Assembly (NCBI GenBank): GCA_031935845.1
Contig: JAJBWA010000026.1
Span: 232 to 64,231 of the forward strand
Source of the DNA: a bacterium
GTDB taxonomy: Bacteria > Spirochaetota > Spirochaetia > Sphaerochaetales > Sphaerochaetaceae
Reading direction: 5' to 3'
DNA: 64,000 bases
Shown here: positions 1 through 9,464 of the stretch, one piece after another
How the letters are laid out: each line of letters begins with the position of its first letter
Position numbering within the stretch: the first letter of the stretch is position 1
Position numbers and translations under genes: made by a program
Notes under the pieces: model-generated
What the model was told of the DNA's origin: nothing
The model's database searches: none
What the model saw: the letters and a program-made list of their open reading frames with translations, nothing else

Positions 1-853
1 TGGGCTCGAAGACAAGGCCGGGATCAAAGATGTTCTCAAGCTCGACAAGACAGAATCTTGCGGGATGGTTCTTCCTCTCCTCTTCCGTAAGTCCGGCCTT
101 GATGTCCTCCCAGCAGCTCTTTGCCGTGGCAAAGCTGTGGTTGCCGTCACCCATGGCAAAGAGAAGCGGATTCTCGGGATCAAGTGCGGCATGCAGCTTC
201 TCGAATGCGGAAACCACGTTCTCCATGTCGCTGTCCCCGTTCACGACCCAGGCTTCCAGGTGGCCGCCGTTCTTCATCAGTTCGAAATCATATGCTTTCT
301 CAAGCCTGTCGGTTGCCTTTGCAAGGGGCTCGATGACGGTTCTGTCCTTGTCGCTGATCAGCACCATTATGTGGGGAATCTCGAGCGGTGCATCCTTTCT
401 GATCTTCTTTCTGGGCGGGATTCTTGAAAGAATGGTTCCTTCCGTTGCCCTGATGAGGCTTCTGGAGCCCTTCTCCCAGCTGTATCTGTCCAGATCCAGG
501 GCGGCCATGAGACCCCATCTGCATGCAGAGCCGCAACTTCTCTTCACAAGGAAGAAACAGTTCGGATATGTGGTGAAAAGGTCCTGGTCCACATATTCCT
601 TCATTGTCCTGTTGATTGCCTCGATCCTGCTGTCGCCGTCACCGTCCTCCAGATAGCACTCCGGGAAGATGAGCTTGAGCGTTGAGGGTGCCTTGCCGAC
701 ATAGTCCTCGACATCATGCCAGTAATCCTTCTCGGATGTGAACTGATCGCATGCCACAACGGCCCACTTGTCCAGATCAACGCCTTTGCGCGGAATCATG
801 ATATCAGCAGCTTCAAGTCCGATTGCGTTGAGACGATTTTTTATATTTCCCAT
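1..853 (-). CDS. DUF1015-like protein; the C-terminal end runs off the window start
   Basis: Absent from the ORF track because there is no stop codon inside the window. My own minus-strand translation from ATG 853-851 gives MGNIKNRLNAIGLEAADIMIPRKGVDLDKWAVVACDQFTSEKDYW...FAMGDGNHSFATAKSCWEDIK and stays open to position 1. AAGGGG lies 7 nt upstream of the ATG. The family call comes from remembered DUF1015 motifs. Confidence 0.65.
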   Translation of the reverse strand, partial: MGNIKNRLNAIGLEAADIMIPRKGVDLDKWAVVACDQFTSEKDYWHDVEDYVGKAPSTLKLIFPECYLEDGDGDSRIEAINRTMKEYVDQDLFTTYPNCFFLVKRSCGSACRWGLMAALDLDRYSWEKGSRSLIRATEGTILSRIPPRKKIRKDAPLEIPHIMVLISDKDRTVIEPLAKATDRLEKAYDFELMKNGGHLEAWVVNGDSDMENVVSAFEKLHAALDPENPLLFAMGDGNHSFATAKSCWEDIKAGLTEEERKNHPARFCLVELENIFDPGLVFEP

Positions 854-1018
854 AATTTTGCCCCTTGATTTTGATTTACCTGTAATTATCATAAGTCCGG
901 ATTGCGGAATTGGCAACAGAAATAACATCCTCTGTCGCTTCTTCACGAACGTGTTTCTTTCTGATACAATTTGCCTGTGCTTGAAAGACGAAGGGTCTTT
1001 GACCTCACCAACACGATA

Positions 1019-1321
1019 ATGAACTATCTGTTCCTTGTTTTCCTGCTGCTTGCAGGCATCTATTTCGTGTCTTTCTGGTTCGAACTCAAGAGCGATTTCA
1101 TAAGCGTAATGGTCAGCTGCGTCAACGTAGTGGCATGGACCGTCACCGCAATTTCGGTGATGCTTGTCATCGTGGCCCTGGTGATTGCATTCATGGATCA
1201 TGAAATCAAGATATGGACACTTCTATGGTGCCTGGTCCGCATGGCTGTGTGCATAGCCGTGTCGATTCTTGTTGATGTCTGTGCTGTTCTTGTTTCCGAA
1301 GGCGTGAAGGTTACTCTCTGA
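1019..1321 (+). CDS. hypothetical small membrane protein (about 3 TM segments)
   Basis: ORF 971..1321. ATG at 1019 gives MNYLFLVFLLLAGIYFVSFWF..., with three hydrophobic stretches. There is no clear SD. The 3' end overlaps the tsaC 3' end by 11 nt. Confidence 0.4.
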   Translation: MNYLFLVFLLLAGIYFVSFWFELKSDFISVMVSCVNVVAWTVTAISVMLVIVALVIAFMDHEIKIWTLLWCLVRMAVCIAVSILVDVCAVLVSEGVKVTL

Positions 1322-1871
1322 CGAGAGCAGAAGCATCATAAAGTCCCTGTCTTACCAGCTTGTAGGGTCTTGAAGTAGCGTCGATCAGTGTCGACGGAAC
1401 CTTACCCTGCATCTCGTCTCCACGGACAACGACATCGACAAGAGACTCGAAGCGTTTGCAGATGGCGCTGAGGCTGTGAAGCGACGGTTCGCCTGCAATA
1501 TTGACGCTTGTGGAATAGATAGGAGTCCCGACCATTTCAAGCAATGTCTGAAGGAAACTGTCGTTGGGGACACGTACGGCTATGGTGCCTCCGTCCTTCC
1601 TGTTCAGGATTACCGTAAGCGCTGCAGGCCAGCAGTCAAGGATGTCCTGCGGGATTTCGGTGCAGATCTCCCTGGCCTGGTCTATCGTAGCCAGAATCAG
1701 GAAGGGTTTCCTGGAATCCCTTCCCTTGAGGTCCATGAGCGCTTTTTCACCTATGTCGTATGCAGCGCAAAGACCGTAGATGGTATCACACGGAAGGATG
1801 GCAACTCCGCCTTCACGTATCAAAGTTGAGATTGTCTCCAATGTCTCCGGATTCTTCTTGTTGAGAATCAT
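1311..1871 (-). CDS. tsaC: L-threonylcarbamoyladenylate synthase, short TsaC/YrdC type
   Basis: AILPCDTIYGL, KGRDSRKPFLIL, IAVRVP and STSVNIAGEP motifs. ATG at 1871 is preceded by AGGGGA 7 nt upstream. The track start at 1895 is a TTG. Confidence 0.85.
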   Translation of the reverse strand: MILNKKNPETLETISTLIREGGVAILPCDTIYGLCAAYDIGEKALMDLKGRDSRKPFLILATIDQAREICTEIPQDILDCWPAALTVILNRKDGGTIAVRVPNDSFLQTLLEMVGTPIYSTSVNIAGEPSLHSLSAICKRFESLVDVVVRGDEMQGKVPSTLIDATSRPYKLVRQGLYDASALVRE

Positions 1872-2307
1872 CAGTTTTCCCCTTGCGTTTAGCAAACAGC
1901 CAGACTATGACTGTGATGATAAAGGAAGAACAGAATGAAATCAATAAGATGAAGGGAATGCCCCAGGGCGTGAATTCCTTTTCATCCTCTGATTTCCGTT
2001 CCTGACCTGCAGACGTACTCCGGGAGACTTCATCTTCCGTCTCGAACACATGCACGTCATCGCCTTCCACCTGATAGCCGAAGCTCATGGCCGTTGACCG
2101 CGACCCGTCTTCCGTTGACAGCTCGTTGTCCTGAAGCCTGAGGTTCTCGATCTCCATGTCACGCCTGTCCAGTTCATACTCCTTTTCAGCCAACTGCTTC
2201 CTGAGCCGGTTGTTGACTATGATCCCCCGCTCCCCCAGAACGGAGGAAATCAGACTGAATGAGACAAGCATCAGGGCGATAAATAGAATCAGTATCTTCC
2301 TTGTCAT
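1813..2307 (-). CDS. FtsB/DivIC-like septum formation initiator with an extra C-terminal TM segment
   Basis: From internal ATG 2307: MTRKILILFIALMLVSFSLISSVLG (TM), a coiled-coil (RLRKQLAEKEYELDRRDMEIENLRLQ), then AMSFGYQVEGDDVHVF, which resembles the FtsB C-terminal motif. Confidence 0.55.
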   Translation of the reverse strand: MTRKILILFIALMLVSFSLISSVLGERGIIVNNRLRKQLAEKEYELDRRDMEIENLRLQDNELSTEDGSRSTAMSFGYQVEGDDVHVFETEDEVSRSTSAGQERKSEDEKEFTPWGIPFILLISFCSSFIITVIVWLFAKRKGKTDDSQQEESGDIGDNLNFDT

Positions 2308-2329
2308 CGTTGTATCTATGGGATATAAT
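2301..2329 (+). promoter_or_regulatory. sigma70-like promoter TTGTCA-N17-TATAAT for the 2384 gene
   Basis: TTGTCA at 2301-2306, a 17-nt spacer, TATAAT at 2324-2329. GGGGGA SD at 2373-2378 lies 5 nt before ATG 2384. Confidence 0.5.
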
Positions 2330-2383
2330 AACTGGAAAGTAAATTTTGAAAAAGTGCTTATCTCAAGCTTTTGGGGGATAACA

Positions 2384-3649
2384 ATGAGTAGAAAGAAAAA
2401 CACCAAGTCCGTGATCATCACGATAATCATCACGCTCATCGTTCTTGGTTGTCTTACTTACGCAGCAATGCAGTTCATCATTCCCGCATATGCGAAGGCA
2501 AATGAGGGTGCCGCCTCGGTCCAGACAAAGATCTACGAGACTGCCGTCAAGCTGTTCCCGCTTCTTGTCGGAATCGTGCTCATAGTAATCGCATCCATGA
2601 TTGCAAACAGCGGCAGTGATTACGATGATGAAGATGATGAAGACAAGCTTCCGCCGAATTCATATGACGGGCAGCTGTTCGAAAAGCCTTCTGATGATCC
2701 TGCATCGCCAAGACCTGTGGCCAAGCCTGAAGAGCCGGCAAAGAAGGAAGAGTTCTTCTCCATGTTCGAGTCACATGAGAAGCCGGAAGAGAAACCTGTT
2801 CAGGAAGAGGAAAAACCGGCAGAGCCTGTTGTGGAACCTGTTCCTGAAGTCATTGCCCCCGAGCCTGAACCCGAACCGGAACCTGTTCCTGAGCCGGAAC
2901 CTGAACCGGCACCCGCACCGGTGGTACAGCCTGCCGCTTCTTCAAATGATTCTCCTGTCGTTGATGCCATCTATGCCCTGATCAGAAAGCTTGACGACAT
3001 CACCGACCTGATGACGGTCGAAGACGAGGAAGAGGAAGAAGAGATAGACGACCAGGACGATTACGAGTATTACTCCGAGGATCAGGAAGAGGAAGAAGCC
3101 GAGGAAGAGCAGCCTGAAGAACCTGCTTCCGAAGAGAGGTTCTCCGGCATAGAGAAGAAGCTCGACAGACTGTGTGACCTGGTAGGAACTCTTACAGAAG
3201 TCGTCTCCACGCAGGCTGTTGCCGCACATGCCGCACCTGTTGAGGCCAAGCCGGCTGTCGAGGCTCCCAAGAAGCCGAAGGTAGAAAAGCCGGTAAAGGA
3301 AGTCAAGACCGTTGAAGTTCCTGTCGAGGTTCCTGTAGACAAGAAGCTCAACGACGTGAATCCCAAGGATCCCGTCCAGCGCGCAAGAATCGAGTATGAA
3401 AGCGCAAAGGAATGCTTCTACGACATCACCTACGCTTTCACCAAAGCCTCTGCAGAGAAAGCCGAGAAAGCTCTTCCCGAGTCTGCATACGTACTGACCA
3501 TCAAGGGAAAGACCGTCGTGATCGTTCCGTTCCTCGACAAGGCTGAGGCAGAGTCAGAGCTCGACAAGATCGGATCCAAGTACGATTCGGTGTTCGTCAA
3601 TGCCGATGATCCGGCCACATTCGACGAGGTCATCGCACCAAGACTCTGA
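2384..3649 (+). CDS. membrane-anchored, highly acidic Pro/Glu-rich protein of unknown function
   Basis: ATG 2384 (MSRKKNTKSVIITIIITLIVLGCL). Two N-terminal TM segments, PEPEPEPEPVPEPEPEPAPAP and EEEEEE tracts, and a C-terminal alpha/beta-looking domain (YVLTIKGKTVVIVPFLDKAEAESELDKIGSKY). Confidence 0.7.
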   Translation: MSRKKNTKSVIITIIITLIVLGCLTYAAMQFIIPAYAKANEGAASVQTKIYETAVKLFPLLVGIVLIVIASMIANSGSDYDDEDDEDKLPPNSYDGQLFEKPSDDPASPRPVAKPEEPAKKEEFFSMFESHEKPEEKPVQEEEKPAEPVVEPVPEVIAPEPEPEPEPVPEPEPEPAPAPVVQPAASSNDSPVVDAIYALIRKLDDITDLMTVEDEEEEEEIDDQDDYEYYSEDQEEEEAEEEQPEEPASEERFSGIEKKLDRLCDLVGTLTEVVSTQAVAAHAAPVEAKPAVEAPKKPKVEKPVKEVKTVEVPVEVPVDKKLNDVNPKDPVQRARIEYESAKECFYDITYAFTKASAEKAEKALPESAYVLTIKGKTVVIVPFLDKAEAESELDKIGSKYDSVFVNADDPATFDEVIAPRL

Positions 3650-3672
3650 AACAGATGCTGATAATGACGAAA

Positions 3673-3700
3673 GGGGCTCATCGGAGCCCCTTTTCTTTTT
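3673..3700 (+). terminator. intrinsic terminator between convergent genes
   Basis: GGGGCTC (3673-3679), loop ATCG, GAGCCCC (3684-3690), followed by TTTTCTTTTT. On the minus strand the same stem is followed by only UU, so it is weaker for rnz. Confidence 0.75.
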
Positions 3701-3701
3701 C

Positions 3702-4625
3702 CTAATTCCTATTGGTCAGTTCAAATGAACAGCGGTCCCTGCACAGGACTGTGTCCGGGAACACCTCACAGGCTTCATCCTTCAGCCTCTGGAGTTCCTT
3801 GTCGGTGTATCTGGGGCTGTAGTGGATAAGGCCCAGCTTCCCTGCTCCGGCATCCCTGGCTACGGTAGCCGCCTGAGTGCTGGTCATGTGCTTCTTCTCA
3901 AAGGCATCCTGGGCAAGGTCCCTGGTGAACATTCCTTCACACAACAGCAGATCCACGTCCTTCACGTGATTGGCTATGTGGCTCATGTACATGCAGTCCG
4001 TGATGTATGCAAAGCCGACACCCCTTCTGGGGCTGCCCAGCACCTGATCCGGATGGATCACAGTACCGTCTTCAAGCAGCACATCGGAACCTTTCTGCAG
4101 CCTTCCCCACATCGGACCACACGGAATTCCCAATGCATTGGCCTTCTCCACACTGAACTCACCGGGCCTGTCCTTTTCACGCATGACGAACCCCATGCAC
4201 GGCTTGGTATGCAGAAGCGGAACAGCCTCCACTGCATACTCATCTGTCTCCAGTATGATTCCGGGCTCCGTCTTCACGAAACGGATTTCGTAATTGATGT
4301 ACATGTCCAGAAGCTTTCTGTTGGCATCGATGTATTCCTTGAGCCGCTCCGGACCGTAGATGTAAAGAGGCTCGTCCCTGTCCACCTGAGACGACAGCAT
4401 CAGAAGCCCGGGAAGGCCCGTGACGTGGTCTGCATGCATGTGGCTGATGAATATGCGGTTGATTCTCTTCCAATGAAGATTCAGCATCTTCAGGGAAACC
4501 TGTGTGCCTTCTCCGCAGTCAAAGAGAAACAGCTCGCCGTTCCTCCTGACCATGGCGGAGGTCAGGAAGCGTCCGGGAAGAGGCTGCATTCCGCTTGTAC
4601 CTAAGACAAAGACTTCAAGGCTCAT
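3702..4625 (-). CDS. rnz: ribonuclease Z (metallo-beta-lactamase fold)
   Basis: LFDCGEGTQ and ISHMHADHVTGLPGLL motifs. Length 307 aa. Confidence 0.9.
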   Translation of the reverse strand: MSLEVFVLGTSGMQPLPGRFLTSAMVRRNGELFLFDCGEGTQVSLKMLNLHWKRINRIFISHMHADHVTGLPGLLMLSSQVDRDEPLYIYGPERLKEYIDANRKLLDMYINYEIRFVKTEPGIILETDEYAVEAVPLLHTKPCMGFVMREKDRPGEFSVEKANALGIPCGPMWGRLQKGSDVLLEDGTVIHPDQVLGSPRRGVGFAYITDCMYMSHIANHVKDVDLLLCEGMFTRDLAQDAFEKKHMTSTQAATVARDAGAGKLGLIHYSPRYTDKELQRLKDEACEVFPDTVLCRDRCSFELTNRN

Positions 4626-4643
4626 GCCGTTATCTTACCCTCT

Positions 4644-5834
4644 TTACAATTCGGTGAAAAGACGGATGGGAGTTATCCTTCTGGTCTTTCCGAGCGATAT
4701 CTGAATGGAAACATAGGAAATCACCAGAAGGCACGCCGATATCAGAAGTATGGACAGCCATGGAACAGTGATGTCGAAGTCAAGCAGATAGAACGACAGA
4801 CTCTTGAGTCCCATGGATGACAGCCATGTCAGGATTGGTCCGAGATTCAGTCCTATCAGAAGTCCGAGCAGTATTCCGAGAATCATGCCTACGAACGTGA
4901 CGGTATAGACACTGAGGAAGGCCGAACGCCTTACCAGTGTATCGGATGCACCTATGAGCTTTGTTATGGCTATGTCCTGCATGTCGTCCTGGATCATCTG
5001 CTGTGCCACCGATGCCGTGTAGAATGCCGCGACAACTACAACCAGAAGCAGGATTATCAGGATCATCTGCCTGCTGGTCACGAAATTCTCGTAGACGGAG
5101 ACATTGTGCTGGTCCCACTTGGAGACATCATAACCGCTACCCAGAGCAGCAATCACGTCATCGAGCTTCTCCATGTACTCGGAATTTACGAGCAGCTCCA
5201 GGCATGTCGATTCCGGAGCACCGTACAGTGTCTTTGCATAGTCAAGATCAACAAAGCACAGAAGACTGTCCAACTGGTCGTATCCGCTGTAGAAGATGCC
5301 GTCTATGCGGCAGAGAACTGGTCTCAGGACCTTGTCCACATCATCGGGAACTATCATCAGCGCCACACGGTCACCGATTTCCACCTTGAGTTCATCCGCC
5401 GTTGCACGGCTGAGCATGATTCCCTTGATGTTTGATGTAGACTCTCCCGTCTGTTCGGCGATGTTGATGGTCACCTGTTCCATACGCCTGTCGTTGAAGT
5501 AGTTTTCCCCGACGCCCTTGACCATGACATTGGTGGTTCCGGTTGCAGAGTACATCAGCGCATAACCGCTTGTGACTTCATCACAACTGTACAGCATGGA
5601 ACCGTAGAGGTCGGAATCGAAATCAGAAAGCTCCCGACTTCCGCTGTAGTTGAGCTGAAGATGTCCGTCGGACAGATAGATGTATTTGCTGGTGATGCCT
5701 TCCATCATGCTGTCGGAGAAAATGAGGGCACAGACAAGCGGAGCCATGACAAGCGCTATCAATATCAGACAGCTCGTCAGCCTTCCCTTCCTGAGTATTC
5801 TCTTCCTGCTCCAATGGATGACGAAAGGATTCAT
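4644..5834 (-). CDS. ABC transporter permease, FtsX/LolE-like
   Basis: N-terminal TM, a large periplasmic loop, and a C-terminal FtsX-type 3-TM bundle (ITKLIGASDTLVRRSAFL...). Overlaps the ATPase gene by 4 nt. Confidence 0.85.
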   Translation of the reverse strand: MNPFVIHWSRKRILRKGRLTSCLILIALVMAPLVCALIFSDSMMEGITSKYIYLSDGHLQLNYSGSRELSDFDSDLYGSMLYSCDEVTSGYALMYSATGTTNVMVKGVGENYFNDRRMEQVTINIAEQTGESTSNIKGIMLSRATADELKVEIGDRVALMIVPDDVDKVLRPVLCRIDGIFYSGYDQLDSLLCFVDLDYAKTLYGAPESTCLELLVNSEYMEKLDDVIAALGSGYDVSKWDQHNVSVYENFVTSRQMILIILLLVVVVAAFYTASVAQQMIQDDMQDIAITKLIGASDTLVRRSAFLSVYTVTFVGMILGILLGLLIGLNLGPILTWLSSMGLKSLSFYLLDFDITVPWLSILLISACLLVISYVSIQISLGKTRRITPIRLFTEL

Positions 5835-6526
5835 TCTGCAGACTTCTCCAATGACAGATTCCTGTTCTTCAGCAGATATACGTCGTCACACTTGAACGCG
5901 AAATCCTGGTTATGGGTCACCAGCAGCAGGCTCCGCCCTTCCTCACGGACCAGATCCAGAAGCAGGTTCTCGACCTCCGAGGCATTTTCCTCGTCAAGTG
6001 CACCTGTGGGTTCGTCCGCGAGTATGACCTCAGGCCTGTTCATCAGTGCGCGGCAGATGGCGACACGCTGTTTTTCTCCACCTGAAAGCTGGCCGGGAAC
6101 ATGACTCATCCTGTCGGCAAGTCCTAGTTTCTCCAGAAGCTCCACTGCCCTGTCCCTGCAGTCCCTGGCCTTGACTCCGCTTATCAGTGCAGGGGCCATG
6201 ACGTTCTCCATTGCGGTGAAGTCCTCAAGCAGCAGATTGGCCTGGAATATGAAGCCGATATGGCGGTTCCTGAGTTCCGATCTCTTTCTGTCGTCAAGAG
6301 TTGCAAAATCAATGCCGCTGCAGATGACATGGCCTTCAGACGGACTGTCAAGGCCTCCGGCAATATGGAGCAACGTGCTCTTTCCTGATCCGCTCTTTCC
6401 GATGATGGCCGTGGAACGGCCCTGTATGATGTTCAGATTCAGGTCCTGAAGGATAGTGATCTCGTCACTTCCCTTCTCGGCGGCCTTGAACCGTTTGGTA
6501 ATGGAAACCAGTTCAATAGGATGCAT
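5831..6526 (-). CDS. lolD: ABC transporter ATP-binding protein, LolD/MacB-like
   Basis: Walker A GKSGSGKST, signature LSGGEKQR, Walker B ILADEPTGALD. Confidence 0.88.
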   Translation of the reverse strand: MHPIELVSITKRFKAAEKGSDEITILQDLNLNIIQGRSTAIIGKSGSGKSTLLHIAGGLDSPSEGHVICSGIDFATLDDRKRSELRNRHIGFIFQANLLLEDFTAMENVMAPALISGVKARDCRDRAVELLEKLGLADRMSHVPGQLSGGEKQRVAICRALMNRPEVILADEPTGALDEENASEVENLLLDLVREEGRSLLLVTHNQDFAFKCDDVYLLKNRNLSLEKSAE

Positions 6527-7712
6527 GAAGAATCACCTCCATAATCTCTGATTTATAGATCCTCCTGCACCCGATGGACGTGAACAGAAGTGAAAGGAAG
6601 AACACGAACAGGCAGACAACTGCAATCTCACCGTTTCCTATGGCTGCGTTGAACGGAATCTGTGTCAGTACGGTTGAATTGCCCGTAATGAGATTCACGA
6701 CCTTGTCCACCAGTGCAAGGATGTTCTGGATGTTCAGTATGACTATCTTGCCGAGTATGACTCCGGCAATCTCTCCGAGTAGACAGATCACCATGCCCTG
6801 TCCCAGGAAGATTGCGTTTACCTTCCTGCGGCTGCATCCTATTGCCCTCAGCATGGCGCCTTCCTTCTGCTTGTTGGCCAGAAGACGTCTTGTAGAGTTC
6901 TTGAGATTCACGCAGATAATCAGGAACATGAAGGCCAGGAAGACATACATGAGCGTCTTTTCAAGCATGAGGGCCGAATACAGGGCATTGTTGTACTGCT
7001 GCCATGTGATGACCGTTGCATCGGGATCAAGCTCCATGATCCGGGAGACCACTTTGTTCTGGTTGCCGCTGACGTATATTCCGATACGGGCACCGCCCTC
7101 TCCTATTATGGAAGCAAGCAGACCGTAATCCATGAAGGCCGTGGAACTGCTGAACTCGGTCATCCTGGAACTGAAGTATCCGTCGATTCCCATCTTTGAA
7201 GTGTACGGGACAATGGTTGCGGTCTTTCCGGGTTTGAGGAACGTGACGTTTATTTCGTCATCGGTCCTGATCCCCAGATTCCTCGTCATGCTGTATGACA
7301 CGAGAAGTCCGTTCATCTCAGCCGGAAACTTGGAAAGAGGATAGAAGCTTTCGGACATCCTGCGGCTGTTGAATACGTCCCTGTCATAGGCACGTATGCG
7401 TGCACTGGTGCTGGTCTCGCTGGATTTGTCCACTATCAGCACGTTGGTTTCCAGGAAACGGAACGAGAATTCCACTCCGTCCAGGGCATCGAGCTGCTCG
7501 GGAGTCAGTGTGTCGGATGAAACTATCAGATCAAAGGACTCCAGGTTCCTCAGCTGGTCCATCTGCGCATTCTGAAGGCCATTCATGACGGCGGAGATGA
7601 CCAGAAGGGCAACAAGACCCACGGCGATTCCAACCATGATCATGATGCTGGTGGTCCTCTGTCCCCTTGTCTTCGAGAAAGCATATCTGAAAGATGTCTT
7701 CAATCCGAACAT
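6513..7712 (-). CDS. ABC transporter permease, FtsX/LolC-like
   Basis: Same architecture as 4644..5834. Overlaps lolD by 14 nt. Confidence 0.85.
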   Translation of the reverse strand: MFGLKTSFRYAFSKTRGQRTTSIMIMVGIAVGLVALLVISAVMNGLQNAQMDQLRNLESFDLIVSSDTLTPEQLDALDGVEFSFRFLETNVLIVDKSSETSTSARIRAYDRDVFNSRRMSESFYPLSKFPAEMNGLLVSYSMTRNLGIRTDDEINVTFLKPGKTATIVPYTSKMGIDGYFSSRMTEFSSSTAFMDYGLLASIIGEGGARIGIYVSGNQNKVVSRIMELDPDATVITWQQYNNALYSALMLEKTLMYVFLAFMFLIICVNLKNSTRRLLANKQKEGAMLRAIGCSRRKVNAIFLGQGMVICLLGEIAGVILGKIVILNIQNILALVDKVVNLITGNSTVLTQIPFNAAIGNGEIAVVCLFVFFLSLLFTSIGCRRIYKSEIMEVILHASY

Positions 7713-7715
7713 AGC

Positions 7716-8597
7716 CTAATTATACTCTATCCTATCGACTGTCCTGTTGTCCTGTCTGTAATAGACCGTGGCAATCTTCCTGCCGTCCCTGTAGAGGTAC
7801 TGGACGTTTCCTCCGGTCCTGTACTCGGTCAGGCTGACAAGCACTTCATTCTCATAGACAAGCTTCTCGAATGCCTTGCCGTCCCTGTAGTTCTCGACGC
7901 TCCTTATTGCTCCGTCGGTAGTCTCGATCCATGCCAGCGTCCTGTCCTCATAGTAGTATTCGGAAAGAACCCCATCCTGTTCCACTGACTTCAGAAGACC
8001 TGAGGGACTGTAGACAAACACGGTCCCGTTCTTCCCGTACCTTATGGATCCGTCCTCAAGGACCTCATAGTCCCCGCCTACCACCAGGTCAGCTGCAATC
8101 TGCTGCAGGAGCTCATCATCCTGGAAGGTGTAGGAATCGGAAACGAACCTTACCGACTCTCCTTCCCTGACGGCCATCAGTGAACCGTCGGCCGAGCTTC
8201 TGAGGAAGAACGTGATGTCCGAAACCTGGGAATCCGTACCTCTTGAACAGAAGGCAAGATGCCCGTCCACGTATCCGTAGTTGGTCACGTTTCCGTCGGA
8301 ATCGGACTCGGTTGTCAGAAGGCCCTTGCTGTAGACCCTGGTGACGGTCCTGCCCCCGTCCATCTCCGTCTCTGTCTCAATTATGTCGTCTCCGGTCCTG
8401 ACGCGCTCGGTCCTCCTGATGGCCTTCCCGTCAAGGTAAAGGACCTCTACATCTCCTTTCTCTTCAAGAGAATAACCTGTGGCGGTGATTTCCTGAACAA
8501 GAGAAATCTTCTGTCCCAGTGCATTGGAAGTATAGGTCAGTGCGCTTATGGAGAACAGAGTCACTAGAGATAGGATCAGGACAAAGACTCTCTTCAT
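7716..8597 (-). CDS. exported repeat protein of unknown function
   Basis: Signal peptide MKRVFVLILSLVTLFSISA. Recurring Y/DG-rich beta-type repeats (YGYVDGHLAF, EYYYEDRTLAWIETTDG, QYLYRDGRKIATVYY). The ATG overlaps the ftsY stop (ATGA at 8594-8597). Confidence 0.6.
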   Translation of the reverse strand: MKRVFVLILSLVTLFSISALTYTSNALGQKISLVQEITATGYSLEEKGDVEVLYLDGKAIRRTERVRTGDDIIETETEMDGGRTVTRVYSKGLLTTESDSDGNVTNYGYVDGHLAFCSRGTDSQVSDITFFLRSSADGSLMAVREGESVRFVSDSYTFQDDELLQQIAADLVVGGDYEVLEDGSIRYGKNGTVFVYSPSGLLKSVEQDGVLSEYYYEDRTLAWIETTDGAIRSVENYRDGKAFEKLVYENEVLVSLTEYRTGGNVQYLYRDGRKIATVYYRQDNRTVDRIEYN

Positions 8598-9454
8598 TCA
8601 CCCAGTCCGGCCAGTGTGGTCAGGAACTCCTCCTTGTCAAACACGTGGATGTCGTCATAATGCTCGCCGGTTCCGATGAATGCCACCGGAATACCTATCT
8701 GCACCAGAGCACCTGCCTTTGCGGCCGAATCATATTTGGTGAGGATCAGGGCATCGATGCCTACGGCCTCGTTGAATATCTGCGCCTGGCTGATGGAGTT
8801 CTGGCCTGTTGTGGCGTCGATCACGAGTATCTTCTTGTAGTTCTCAGGCTTGATGCGGTTGCGGATGACCTTGTCTATCTTCTGGAGCTCACGGACCAGA
8901 TTCTCCTTGTTGTGCATTCGTCCGGCCGTGTCACAGAGAATGAGGTTGTCACCGCGGGCCTGTGCGCTTGAAATGGCATCGTAGATTACGGCACCGGGGT
9001 CACTTCCGTTCTCCTGACGCACGATCCTTGTTCCCGTGCGCTGGGCATGGAGCTCAAGCTGGTCTATTGCTGCGGCCCTGAAGGTGTCGCCTGCGGCCAT
9101 GACCACTTTATAGCCTTTATCCTTATAATAGGTTGCCAGTTTGGCGATTGAAGTAGTCTTGCCTACTCCGTTGACACCGAGCACGAGATATACGTTGAGT
9201 TCGTTCCTGTCGGGAAGAAGCTCCGTACCGTTGATCTTGTCTTCAAGAAGCTCCCTGACTATGCTCAGGAATTCCTCTTCAGTCTTCGGCTTTCTGGCAT
9301 TCACCTCGTCGCTGATCATCATGGCGTTCCTTGCGCCGAAATCACCTTCTATCAGAAGGTCCTCGAGATTATCGAAGAACGACTGGTCCAGTGTTTTCCT
9401 GAAACCGCTGAAAAGTGCCTTGAGCTTTGCTCCGATACCGAATTTGAGACCCAT
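8594..9454 (-). CDS. ftsY: signal recognition particle receptor FtsY (NG domain only)
   Basis: GVNGVGKTTS, DTAGR and TKYD motifs. ATG at 9454 has AGGGGA 7 nt upstream. The track start at 9505 would overlap the upstream gene. Confidence 0.9.
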   Translation of the reverse strand: MGLKFGIGAKLKALFSGFRKTLDQSFFDNLEDLLIEGDFGARNAMMISDEVNARKPKTEEEFLSIVRELLEDKINGTELLPDRNELNVYLVLGVNGVGKTTSIAKLATYYKDKGYKVVMAAGDTFRAAAIDQLELHAQRTGTRIVRQENGSDPGAVIYDAISSAQARGDNLILCDTAGRMHNKENLVRELQKIDKVIRNRIKPENYKKILVIDATTGQNSISQAQIFNEAVGIDALILTKYDSAAKAGALVQIGIPVAFIGTGEHYDDIHVFDKEEFLTTLAGLGE

Positions 9455-9464
9455 ATTCAATCCC

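Noticed and set aside
1077-1084. GGTTCGAA, a tRNA T-loop-like octamer.
   Set aside because: The flanking bases cannot form a T stem (TCTGG versus TCAAG) or an acceptor stem. It lies inside a hydrophobic ORF. No tRNA could be folded anywhere in the window.
2858-2920. Short tandem CCTGAACC / CCGGAACC-type periodicity that could resemble a repeat array.
   Set aside because: It is in frame and encodes the PEPEPEPEPVPEPEPEPAPAP tract of the 2384..3649 protein. This is coding low complexity, not a CRISPR or intergenic repeat.
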